64,000 bases of DNA from Alloascoidea hylecoeti. Its lineage: Eukaryota. Shown here one piece after another: positions 33,791 to 45,415 of this stretch. Under the pieces are notes generated by a model that saw only the letters and a program-made list of their open reading frames with translations, was not told where the DNA came from and made no database searches. The stretch lies in the NCBI GenBank assembly GCA_001600815.1, contig BCKZ01000002.1, positions 1,496,294-1,560,293 of the forward strand, given 5' to 3'. Within the stretch, counting starts at the first letter, position 1. Every line of letters starts with the position of its first letter. The translations under genes and the position numbers were made by a program.

Positions 33791-35180
33791 TTATGGACAA
33801 GAAAAGGAGAATGAATAACTGACGTGTAACAGTTAAGCACCACGTGACAATGCAAACCTGCAGTTTGATATAATTAAACTACGAAAGTGTGGCTTTTCAT
33901 TTTCCTTTATTTCCATTTGGGAGACAGTCTCTCAATTTGTTACTTTACACAAGCAAAAAATTGGAACAAATTCTTATAAACTTGGATCTTTTCAACAGAT
34001 TTACGTACTATCCATGCTTTGTTTGCGCATTATACTTTAAGCTTTGTATAGGGTGTCTTCCCTTAAGAACAGCCCCTATATTATTGCACGTGGTTCATTG
34101 TCTTCAATGTTTATAAACCTTAAATATCAATCCTTCTTTTTTCTCTACAATAATAGTAAAATCTGTCACACAAAAAAAAACTTCTTGTTTGAGTATGGAG
34201 GCTTCCTAATAGGAGCAGGTGCGATATTCAAATAAATTACTTTGAATGTATAGCTGGGCTTAACCGCCAGCTAAAAACAAATAGTTTTAGGATATCTTTA
34301 TATCGCTTATATTAGCAGTACTTCCCGTTTAGTTATCCAGGTTGAATATAGATTCTTATTACATGTATTGGACTTTAGAGCATGCATTTCCAACTTTTAC
34401 TGAACGAGTATAATGGAAAAAATCTACCCTAAAATTTTTGCCAAATAGCTGTTGCTAAATTCTTGAAACTATATGAGAAGGGTCTAGGCATTCACCTACA
34501 AAAAATACTCTCTCGTTTCAAAAATATCACCATTCAAACTAGAAGTAGTTTTGAGGAAGTGCAGTGAAGAAACACAACTAAACCAATTTAAAATACGTCT
34601 GCTTCATAAGAAGAGCTCACTAAGGAGGCTGATAAACAAAATATGAATTTTTTAGCCGCTTTTGTGGACGAATATTAGATTTCTGATATATGAGAAGGCT
34701 GCTTATCGGCTGCGTATGTCTGAGTTCTATCGGCACTACTTCATCGTCATGCAATGAACTCATTCCACTGGAAACCCTTGAATGGTCCATCTTCTAGATT
34801 TAAAGTACGTGTGAGGATCATTTCAAGATTGTACCTATTCTTAAAATTAATGAATCGTGGACATGGTGAATTATGCGAAGAACAAGTATATGCCTCCATG
34901 CTTATGATATATGCATATTCCACCTGAGCGACACCATCTAAAAAACAATAACTATAAAAATATTTCCTTTTTATACAGACTTTAATAATCTTGTTAAATT
35001 TTAGAGAATGGTTTAGATTTTGTGTTTTTTATTGTGCATAACAGTGTCCCTTGTCTGGTTGTTACACAACTCATCTATATGTTAAAAGTAAAATCAAAGT
35101 CATAAGTATACTACAGGTTCTTATCATGCTTAATAGGTATTATTATTCAAATTATTATCTATTTTATTTGCAATAACAAA

Positions 35181-36011
35181 TTATTCGGACTCTGTTATGT
35201 GCTCAAAAACTTCTTCGAAGAAATGCTTCTTATCAAAATACTGCCACTCAAACGCTCTGACGTATCTATCATTGGAATAACTTATTGAAGCCTCTGGAAT
35301 CTTCTTTTTTTTTTCTCGAAATTGTAGATTAAATTCATATTTAGTATACCGGCGTTGATTCTTAAGACCACAATTTTTTGAAATAAATGTAGTGAATTTG
35401 GGTAGCAACTGTATTGTTTTTAAAAAATTATTATGCAAGATAAATCCCGTTAAGGATAGGACTTTGAGATTCGGAAAACACAAAAGAAATCGTGGCGATT
35501 TCTCCATTCCATATCTATAGTCATCAATCAACCCGGCTTTTGAGACACACACGAGCTCGTTTATTTGACCAAATGAATAATTAGTGGTAAGGCAGGTGCG
35601 TGAATGGAAAAGGCTAAGGTACCCCCTACCAAAAGAACAAATGGAACAATTTAAATCATAAAATCCAAAACGAGTACCTAAAAACGAAATTCTCCTCAAA
35701 TTAGGGCATACTTTTAATAACGACTTCAAATCTTTGAATATATTTCTTACACCATTTATGTTCATAAAGAATTCCAAATCGTGTACTCCACTTCTAATAT
35801 GATTCAAAAATTTGCCATCTGATTCTTCTAAAAGGTCTGATACTGTGAACTTTGAGTATGATCTGTTTACTTTAATTTTCTTAAAACAAATTGGGATGAG
35901 AATTTGTCTGTAATAGGTTGATACAGAGCTGAAACTAATTATATCGTTTTGTTCCAGATGTTCAACTATTATCAACAGGAGTTCCAGGGGAAGATTATTT
36001 TCAGTTTCCAT
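35181..36011 (-). CDS. F-box/LRR-like protein, paralog B
   Basis: Aligns end to end with 25638-26489 in inverted orientation. Confidence 0.78.
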   Translation of the reverse strand: METENNLPLELLLIIVEHLEQNDIISFSSVSTYYRQILIPICFKKIKVNRSYSKFTVSDLLEESDGKFLNHIRSGVHDLEFFMNINGVRNIFKDLKSLLKVCPNLRRISFLGTRFGFYDLNCSICSFGRGYLSLFHSRTCLTTNYSFGQINELVCVSKAGLIDDYRYGMEKSPRFLLCFPNLKVLSLTGFILHNNFLKTIQLLPKFTTFISKNCGLKNQRRYTKYEFNLQFREKKKKIPEASISYSNDRYVRAFEWQYFDKKHFFEEVFEHITESE

Positions 36012-36470
36012 TGGTTGGTGATATAGCTATAGTAATTTCGATTAATTGGAGACTATTACTAGAAAATATGATTGTAAGGAGATACAACTGTGTACCATAT
36101 ATATAGCAAGATATAATCTTAAAATCCGATATACTATGTGGTATATATGTTCTTATGGTTTATTATCGTATATTGTAACTTGTTTTCATCGTAAAAGACA
36201 TATTTGTGGGAGTCAGGAGCTAATTAGCTGAAAACTGACATCGCCTAGGGCCTAGGGACAATTTGTTTTCAATTATAAGCTATTATAACTATCGTTCTAT
36301 TATAGTTTCCTTATTCATCAAAGACAGATCATCGTTAATTCGAAAACATAAAAATATATTAACTATAACCTATATTAACACCCCACGCTCATAAATGGTA
36401 CCCAAATCAAATGTTTTAAACATACACTTATATATAGATCTTGTATATAACGTAACAGAGTAAGTTTAAA

Positions 36471-37370
36471 TTATTTTTTGAAATCTCCATTACACATATA
36501 CTCTTCATATTGAAAATCAGGTTGAAATTCACTATACATTGAAACAGGATCCGCAACCATATGGAAAGTGTATTGTGCATCAGTATCTGAAATATAGAAC
36601 TTTTTCAATGACTTGTTTGAGACAGCAGCAGCATCAACTAATAATTGAGCTTTACAAGTATTTTCCAATAAAGTAAATAAATAAGCAGCTTCATCAACTG
36701 TTTCACCAGTAGTTAATAAGCCATGATTTTGCATAATGAGAACTTTATTTTTAGGTCCCAATGCTTTTGCAATTTTTTCACCTTCTTCTGATTCTAAAAC
36801 GACACCTCCGAAGTCTTGATAAACACTTTGAACATTAAAGAAAGAACAAGCGTCTTGATTGATCATTTCAATAGGTTTACCAAAAGCTGAATAAGCCTTG
36901 CCATATAATGAATGAGTATGACATGCAGCATTAACATCAGGACGTGCTTTATGAAGAGCAGAATGAATTCTAAACCCTGCAGCATTGATTGGAACGACAT
37001 TACCACCAATTATATTACCGTCTTCATCGACATGAACCATATCAGAAGCTTTCATCATGGAGAAATGTTTACCCAATGGGTTAATCCAAAAAGTATCAGG
37101 ACGAACAGGATCACGAATGGAGATATGACCAGCACTACCTTCGGCATATCCTTTTCTACCAAAAACACGAAATGCACCGGCCATGTGCTCAAGCATCCAT
37201 TGTCTTTTTTTATAAGGGTCATCGAACGTTGGTAGAGGATTGGCAATCCCTGCCATTGATAGATTTTGAGGACCAACCTCGGCTAGTTTATAACCACGTT
37301 TGTTGTGATCGTCTTCCGCTTTGGAAGGAATAGAATTGTTTATAGAGGTATTGTTTACTGTTGGAGCCAT
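36471..37370 (-). CDS. Class II aldolase/adducin-head protein (Mug14-like)
   Basis: GHISIRDP, FWINPLG, GFRIHSALHKARPDVNAACHTHS and QNHGLLT. Confidence 0.9.
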   Translation of the reverse strand: MAPTVNNTSINNSIPSKAEDDHNKRGYKLAEVGPQNLSMAGIANPLPTFDDPYKKRQWMLEHMAGAFRVFGRKGYAEGSAGHISIRDPVRPDTFWINPLGKHFSMMKASDMVHVDEDGNIIGGNVVPINAAGFRIHSALHKARPDVNAACHTHSLYGKAYSAFGKPIEMINQDACSFFNVQSVYQDFGGVVLESEEGEKIAKALGPKNKVLIMQNHGLLTTGETVDEAAYLFTLLENTCKAQLLVDAAAVSNKSLKKFYISDTDAQYTFHMVADPVSMYSEFQPDFQYEEYMCNGDFKK

Positions 37371-37540
37371 GATGATGATGATGATGATGATGAAAAGCTC
37401 AGGAAGAAAGTGTTATATATATAATAGAGACTAAAGGACGTTGATAAGAGACATCGCTGCTAGTTTCCCTCCCTGTCAGATCGGGGTGCGTTTCCGGATC
37501 CGCTCACGGTTCGCGATCGGGTTCCCTTTCCAATTCGGTG

Positions 37541-38899
37541 TCACGCGCGGGGAGTCTTAGTCAGCAACAGACCGGAAAAATTGACCGGAACACGTGTTGT
37601 AGGTTCAACCCGATACCCGACTTCTGCATCGGTCAGCATGGACACGGACTCGACCTGATCGTCATCGAGGAAAGAAAAGTCGGCGCTGACTTCTAAGTCG
37701 TACTCTAAAGAAACATGATTCCACCCGAAACTTGGCATGTATTTCTCCGGATAGGTCAGACCTGAAAAATACGAATGTAAGGAATTGGTGATTTCCACCT
37801 CATATAATGGGATCCCTGTCTCATTCCACTGGAAATCAACAGGACGTGACCTACTCAAATCAACTATTCCCATGGTCCCATCTCCACTGCCTAAAACCAT
37901 AGGGAACTTACCCTTTTTTCCAAATTCATGTATCTTAATCGTCAATTTGTGGTACATTGTTAATTGAATCTTTTGTACTAGAATTCTCAAATCTTTACAA
38001 TTCAATCCACTTTGTTGTTGCAATTGAATAAAAAACTCGGGTGGTTTAGTCGTTACTAAAAAGAGTCCAAATGGAGGCAGTTTCCCATTAATCGTAAATA
38101 TTTTATCATGATAGAATCTTGCTTCAAAAACCAATGTTAACTTTAAATCTGTTTCTCCTAATTTCATTATAAACGGCTTTTGAAAAATTGATGAATTATA
38201 ATCACTATCATCATCATAATTATAAAATTTTTTACCAGGTACTGCAATATTAACATTCTTTTCTAATTTGATGGTTTTCTCTTTTATGAAATTCTTGATT
38301 GTTAATAATTCAACATTTAATTTATATTCTGTATTCATACCAAATTGTTTATAATCTACTGATGGTAAAATATATCGTTTCTCGGGGATCTCAATTATAA
38401 ATGGATATTCATATAATCCTTTTTTAAAAACTGTTGATATTGAACCAATGGAATATCTATTTGCTTTTGCATTTGATGATTCAGATTGTGTTATTCCTGC
38501 TTGATATAAATATCCTTCAATTTCAAAAAAAATAATATTTGAGGAAATCATTTTTACATTTGATTTCGAGTTGTTTGTATTCGAAGGAACATCGATTCCA
38601 AATCCCGCTGGCTTTGGCGCATATTGATTTTTATTAAGATTGGTGCTTGAATGTCCCAGCAAATATTCAGTACCCTTATCATCTATAAAATACCCACCTT
38701 CTCCTTTCACAGGCTTTGCATCCGTCGGCATATTTAATTCGAAATGATGTGTCCCAGTCAGATGTACTCTTATTGTTCGTATTTGAGTTGATCTTCTAAT
38801 ATCTAGTAATACAACGCCTCTTATATAGTCCCCAGGCACATAAAATCCATTATACGTCTGTTTTGGGAATAAATTCACCCGAGCTTCAAAATTTGGCAT
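37541..38899 (-). CDS. Arrestin-fold protein (ART10-like)
   Basis: YVPGDYIRGVVLL...IRVHLTG and GLYEYPFIIEIP...LPS...EYKLNV arrestin-N pattern. Confidence 0.7.
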   Translation of the reverse strand: MPNFEARVNLFPKQTYNGFYVPGDYIRGVVLLDIRRSTQIRTIRVHLTGTHHFELNMPTDAKPVKGEGGYFIDDKGTEYLLGHSSTNLNKNQYAPKPAGFGIDVPSNTNNSKSNVKMISSNIIFFEIEGYLYQAGITQSESSNAKANRYSIGSISTVFKKGLYEYPFIIEIPEKRYILPSVDYKQFGMNTEYKLNVELLTIKNFIKEKTIKLEKNVNIAVPGKKFYNYDDDSDYNSSIFQKPFIMKLGETDLKLTLVFEARFYHDKIFTINGKLPPFGLFLVTTKPPEFFIQLQQQSGLNCKDLRILVQKIQLTMYHKLTIKIHEFGKKGKFPMVLGSGDGTMGIVDLSRSRPVDFQWNETGIPLYEVEITNSLHSYFSGLTYPEKYMPSFGWNHVSLEYDLEVSADFSFLDDDQVESVSMLTDAEVGYRVEPTTRVPVNFSGLLLTKTPRA

Positions 38900-39111
38900 A
38901 TTAATATTATCGAGAATGAGAATGAAGAGAAAAAATGAAACATAACTTTTTTTTAATTATATAAAAAAATATAAATGGGGGGCTGGAATTCTAGGTTATC
39001 TAGTCAGACCTCAAATGTAACAGACAAAGATGATGTGTTGTTCTATAGCTAAATTTGTTTGCTCAACCTCTCAACCTCACAACCATAGATTTATACAAGT
39101 CCACGATCGTC

Positions 39112-39837
39112 ATGGTTCAATCAACTCTGATATACAGAACAGACGGTATGCAGAGAACTAGATGTTTATACTTGCCAACTATTTTTTATAATTAACTTTC
39201 AAATCTATGTATAGGACTCCCTCTTTCAGGTTCAGTTGATGATGACAATGAAGCAAATTCATCTTCATTAGCAGAAATCAAGAAACAAGCTAAACTTCTA
39301 ACAAGAAAAATAACTCCGAATAGTGAACCAAGGGCAAGTATAACAACAGGAAATTTTACAATCCATTATTTATTATCAAATTCAATCATTTATATTTGTA
39401 TAACTGATAAATCATATCCAGGAAAATTAGCATTTTCATTCTTGGAAGAAATTCAAAATGAATTTCAAACTTCATATCCCGAATCGAAAGTTTTATTACA
39501 ATCTTTAAGACCTTATGCATTTATTGAATTTGATAATTTTATATCAAAAACAAAAAGATTGTATCAAGATTCAAGAGCAACTTCAAATTTAGATCGGTTA
39601 AATTCAGATTTACAAGATGTTACAAAAGTAATGACAAAAAATATTGAAGATTTATTATATCGTGGAGATTCTTTAGATAAAATGTCAGATATATCTTCAA
39701 ATTTAAAAATGGAATCAAAAAGATATAAAAGAGCAGCCGTTAGAATTAATTTTGAAGCTTTGATTAGACAATATATTCCAATTGTTGGTGTTTCTTTAGT
39801 CTTTTTACTCTTAATTTACTTGATGTTTATTAGGTGA
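39112..39837 (+). CDS. SEC22: Longin R-SNARE Sec22, 2 exons (39112-39145, 39215-39837)
   Basis: Spliced MVQSTLIYRTDGLPLSGSVDD, RPYAFIEFDNFI, MTKNIEDLLYRGDSLD and a C-terminal TM helix. Confidence 0.95.
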
Positions 39838-40335
39838 TTGGTTTATTTCTGTTAATATTTTGAATATTTTATACCTATCTATTCATTTGCTACAAGTGAG
39901 TGCGATTGGGATTGAAAATTATAAAAAATAATAAAAATGCATCTATTATAAATTCTCCATTAATATTCAAACCCAGAATTGTTGTCCCATATAAATGTTC
40001 ATATATAATATATTTATTTTTGTTCTCTTTTGTTATTTGTAGTGTTTCCACTGACTATAGTTATTAGTTAAATTGCACATAAGCAACGCTCATTTTTTCG
40101 GAAGAACTACGAACAATAATAATCCATGTTGTGGAAAATATTGACCCATTAAATGCAATTGGGATTCACTGAAAATATTATACAAATGTACCAAATGTTT
40201 TGTTGCTTAACGAAATGCCCGATAAAGCAATGGTATATATGAGACCGGTACACAAGTTACTTAATCTCTACTTACATAATTTTGAAGTTCCTCTCAACTC
40301 AGAATTTCAGCATTTGAGTATTGTTTAATTTAACT

Positions 40336-43211
40336 ATGGAACATAGCTATGAAGACGATGAGGAGGAGGAAGTTGTTTCTCACACCCATCCAGGATATGA
40401 TGATGAAGATGATGACGGAGAAGAATTAACCGATGATGAAGACGTTGGTTCAAGAGTATGTTTATACAATGATAAAAACAAGCCATCTGAGGGGTACTAA
40501 TCATTTTTCCAATTAATTAGAGAAGAAAAAAACAAAGAAAAGAACGAAGAAATCAATTTTTGGATGTTGAAGCTGAAGTAGATGAAGATGAAGAGGATTT
40601 TGAAGAGGATGAAGAAGAATTAGGAAAAATTGATGGTTTTATTCAAGACCAAAATTATGAAGACTCTGGTGCTCATGATGATCGATTGCATAGAGAAGTT
40701 GATCGAAGAAGGGATGCAATTCATGAAGAAGATGCTGAACGATTGGCAGATGAATATCGCGAAAAATATGGTCGTTCAGCCGTTTCTAAATATCGTGGGG
40801 ATTCAAATGTGGTATCCCAAAGATTATTACTACCTTCCGTTAATGACCCAAATATTTGGGGTGTCCGTTGCAAATATGGAAAGGAAAAGGAACTTGTCAG
40901 AGCCATTTTGAAAAAGAAAATTAGTTTACAGCATTCTGCAAAGCCTTTGGAAATATACTCATGTTTTCAAAGAGATGGTTTCAATGGATATATCTATATC
41001 GAAGCCAGGAGACCGGATGCTGTTGAATATGCTGTTAGAGGCTTAGTTAATGTCTACATTCAGAACAAAATCATGGTCCCGGTTAAAGAATATACCGATT
41101 TACTTCGGGCTGTGAAAAGAAATGATGTGGAGCTTGTCCCTGGAACTTACGTTAGAGTTAAACGTGGTAAATATACAGGTGATTTAGCAGTTGTTGAAAA
41201 CTTATCTGAAAATGGTCTAGAGGCACAATTACGATTAATGCCACGTTTAGATTATGGTAAATTTAATAACGATGAAAATGGAATCGATGGTGAGAAAAGA
41301 AAAAGACCAACACATAATGCAAAAGTTCGTCCACAACAAAGGCTATTTTCTGAACAAGAAGCTTCACAATATGATTTAAAAAATTTACAACGACGTGGCC
41401 GAAATTCTTTTTATTATAAATCTGATCTATATGAAAATGGATATCTAATTAAAGATTTTAAAATAACCTTTTTAGAAACAAAAGATGTTAATCCACGGTT
41501 AGAAGAACTGACAAAAATAAATTCTACTACAGATGAAGGTATTGATCTACAATCATTAGCACACTCTTTGAAACAATCTTCAAGTGCTGTTACTTTCCAG
41601 CCAGGTGAAAAAGTTTCGGTCGTAAGTGGTGAACAGAATGGTCTACATGGTCGTGTTTATTCATCCCAGGCTGATATCGTTACAATAATTGTTGACTCTC
41701 CAGAATTGAAAGGTAAAAAAATTGATATACCAATGGTTAATTTACGGAAAATGTTCAGAGTTGGTGATCACGTTAGAGTTATTAGTGGTAAACATAAAGA
41801 TGATACTGGTCTTGTTCTTGAAATTGCTAACGATCAAATCATATTTGTTAGTGATCTATCACAGAATGAAATCACAGTATTTTCCAATTATTTGGTTGAA
41901 GCTTCTGATTCAGGTGGTATCAATTCCGTAGGTCAATACGAACTTCATGATTTGGTACAACTTAGTTCCCAGTTAGTCGGATGTATCGTTAAAGCAGAAC
42001 GAGAGGCATTCACAGTCTTATGCCAAGATGGAGCTTTGAAAACGGTTGCTCCAACATCAATCTCTTTCAAAATCGATAAAAACAAAGAATCGTTTGCAAC
42101 TGATAGAAGTGGATCAGATATTCGAGTGGGTGACACAGTCAAAGAGATTTCTGGAGAACGAAGACAGGGCGTTATTTTACATATCTACCGATCTTCATTA
42201 TTTCTTCATTCCCGAACAATCACAGAAAACTTAGGTGTATTTGTCACAGATACATCCAAAGTTAATACGATAGCAGCAAAAGGTGCCCGTATTGCCAGTT
42301 CTGGACCCGATTTAAATAAAATGAATCCTAAACTTCAAATTAATCAGGGTAATATGGGAGCACCAATGAATATTCCTAGACAGGGTGGCAGGGATCGTAC
42401 ATTGAATCAGCATGTTGTTGTTCGTTTAGGTCCTTATAAAGGTATGAAAGGCATTGTTAAAGACGCTTCTGATGCAGTTGCAAGAGTCGAATTGCATTCC
42501 AAAAACAGAATCATCAGCATCAACAAAGAAAAACTGTCATTTTTGGATCCTAATGGTAAATTATTAAGTTATGAAGAATTTGTTGTTCCAAGAAGGGGAA
42601 TGAGAGACACTAGTGTTGCTTTAACTCAATTCAATGGAAGTGCGACACCTTCTTGGGGTGGATTCGGTGGTAATGGAGGAGGTAAAACTCCAGCTTGGGC
42701 TACGAGTGGTGGTAAAACTCCGGCTTGGGCATCTGGTGGCAGGACCCCAGCTTTTGGCTCTGGAGGGAGAACCCCAGCTTTCAACGCTGGAGGTCGCACT
42801 CCTGCTTTCAACTCTGGTAGTCGTACTCCTGCTTTTGGGAATGATGGGAGAACTCCTGCTTGGTCTTCTGGAGGTGGGAAAACACCTGTATGGTCATCAG
42901 GTGCTACTGGTCGTTCTTCGGCCTGGGAGCCTAACGTTAACTCAAGCTGGGATGCTGCTCCTAGCTCGCGATCAGGTGGTTCTTGGTATGACGCTAAAAC
43001 ACCGGGCTTTAATGAGGCTACTACACCAGGTATTCCCACACCTGGGATACCCACTCTTAGTGCGCCAACACCAGGTGCTTCCACATCTCCTGAATGGAGC
43101 GCTGCAACACCTGGAGTATTTGATGCAAAAACACCTGGTATTGCTCCTACACCGGCTGCTTGGAACCCTGATGATGACGATGATGTTCATTATGTCCCAG
43201 ATACCCCTTAA
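40336..43211 (+). CDS. SPT5: Transcription elongation factor Spt5, 2 exons (40336-40455, 40521-43211)
   Basis: Acidic N-terminus, FLDVEAEVD, NGN domain LLLPSVNDPNIWGVRC, KOW motifs and GGRTPAW repeats; in-frame GTATGT...TACTAAT...TAG intron. Confidence 0.95.
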
Positions 43212-43579
43212 TATTCCAAAATTTTCTTTCAGTTATTTTAGTAAAAAAGACTTATTTCGCTTTTATTAATATTGTTGTGGTAAAAAAGTCGTTTTCTTGT
43301 TTTACCCTCATGACATTTATTGAACAATTGAAAAAAGTCTAAAAACAATATGATAGAATACTGTTAATTAAGACAGTATTAATATTAAATCGGAATCCAA
43401 AATTATATTATGTAAGTTTAAGAATACTTTTTTTTAGGGTAACTTTCTTTATTTCACTTCTCATATAATTTAACTTGTAGCTGGTAATTGCCACCCATGT
43501 AGGTATGTTGTACGTGTATACACTTACACGGTATATTGATTATAAATTTACTATTAAAAAGTGTATTAAAGAAATTCTA

Positions 43580-44188
43580 TTAATCTAAATTAAATGTGCA
43601 TTCTAAGTCGATGGATTCATCGATCTGATCTGAAGATGAATGTGAAATTATTCCATTTGAAAATGGAAATATTTTCAAAATAATATTTATTGAACCTTTA
43701 AAACCATTAGGATAGAATCTTTCAAATACTTTTTGAAAATCTTTGGTTGTAATTTTACCCTCGAAAGCTGATTTTTCTAATACTGATTCAAGTTCCTTGA
43801 ACTTGGAATCACTCTCATTATTGGCATCTCGAGGAACGACTCTCCGAGAAAGTACCGTATTTCCATCGTCTATAGTGTATGTATACGTAACTGCTATTCG
43901 ATGATTGTTGGTGGAAACAGGAATATCAGGATGAACGTCGACATCGACAGGATTATCTGAAGGAGTTGAATTAATAACTGAAGTATCTGAAGTATAATTA
44001 AAAAGATATCCAATATAGTCGTTCTCATTTTCATCATCCTGATAGTCATTAACATCATCATCATACTGATAGTCAATATCACAGTTCTCGTCTTCTTCCT
44101 CTCCATAGTAGTCAACATAATAATTATGGTTATGACGAATCCTATCATCATCATAATTATCAGAATCATTATCAAAATCATGATTCAC
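43580..44188 (-). CDS. Hypothetical acidic protein; start unresolved, possibly a pseudogene
   Basis: About 200 open codons, rich in D/Y/N, with no in-frame ATG before the upstream stop. Confidence 0.35.
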   Translation of the reverse strand: MNHDFDNDSDNYDDDRIRHNHNYYVDYYGEEEDENCDIDYQYDDDVNDYQDDENENDYIGYLFNYTSDTSVINSTPSDNPVDVDVHPDIPVSTNNHRIAVTYTYTIDDGNTVLSRRVVPRDANNESDSKFKELESVLEKSAFEGKITTKDFQKVFERFYPNGFKGSINIILKIFPFSNGIISHSSSDQIDESIDLECTFNLD

Positions 44189-44392
44189 ATGAATCTGGTT
44201 CAGTTGAACCTTTCTTTGGAGAAGGAAGTCGGTAAAACATGATGATTAATAATACTATATCCAATATCAAGTGATGATGAAGAGTTAAACATTCTAAAAT
44301 TTGATAGAATTGCTGTTGTATTTATTTGTTTTCCAAGCTGTACTATCCACAAACGGTATATGCAAATGGAATATTTAAGCACGTGATTGATA

Positions 44393-44539
44393 CATATGAT
44401 TCTACTTATAATCGGCCAAATGATGTACTAAGATTACGAATATTTTTGGCACCAACTGTTCAGACATTTAATTAACGTAATAAGAAGGCCAAGTATTTAC
44501 TACACATCGGATGGCCGAAGGTAAGTAGTAGAATTATAG
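44393..44539. mobile_element. Degenerate MITE-like element
   Basis: Left CATATGATTCTACTTATAATCGGCCA; reverse complement of right end CTATAATTCTACTACTTACCTTCGGCCA; TA on both flanks. Confidence 0.55.
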
Positions 44540-45415
44540 TATGTCATCAGGTGCACTAACTATTAAGTTTCAATTTCAATATTCTAGAATTACAAAAATT
44601 TGAATATCTTAAAACCCAAATCAAAAAACACGAAGTACCGATAAACGTTACAATAATCAATTTTATATGGATTAATTTGCAAAATATTGAAATGGACTTG
44701 AAATTAAAATCGACTCCTTTAAGTCTCCTTATATGAATTCATTATCTATTGGATTGTTAGTTAGTGGAGTGATTAGTTTATTAAATAAGCTATATATGTT
44801 TTTTGTTATATGATATGATCATGAGTTTTAATTGTTTAGTTATATATGGTTAAGGTCATTCTTTGATTACACCATTGATTTACATAGTTATATATAGGAT
44901 ACATCTTTCCTACGTAGAAAGGGGGATAATGGAATATGTCGTTGAGTGAAGACTCAAATACCTTATTAAATCTACTTCAGCAGCTCCAATATTATCTAAT
45001 AACTATAAGACGTATGACCTCCATATGAACGGATATTTAATAAAAACCAGTCTGCTTCTAGATATGATCTTCATGATCTATTGAAACTGAAAAATAAACA
45101 TAAATTCAAAACTCCATTTGATATTACTTTTATATATATATAGGAAATTTTGTAGAAGGAACCATATATGGAATTATATAGTACTCATATAAGTAATACC
45201 AACTAGAGTTTTGAATTTATATTTATAAAAACATTCAAAATATGACAATAATATATCAATATAACAGCGATATAGATATCATAACAACGTATAAGGTCCT
45301 CGAAATGGATGTAAATTGGTTGATATGTAACATAAAAAGGCATTCTGAAATAAAGTATACCTTTACGGTGAGATAATAATATTATATAGCTAAAGTATAA
45401 GAGATAACTTGGTAT

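Noticed and set aside
42626..43269. Alternative-frame and antisense ORFs over the SPT5 repeats
   Set aside because: By-products of the repeat codons; not a CRISPR array or a separate gene.
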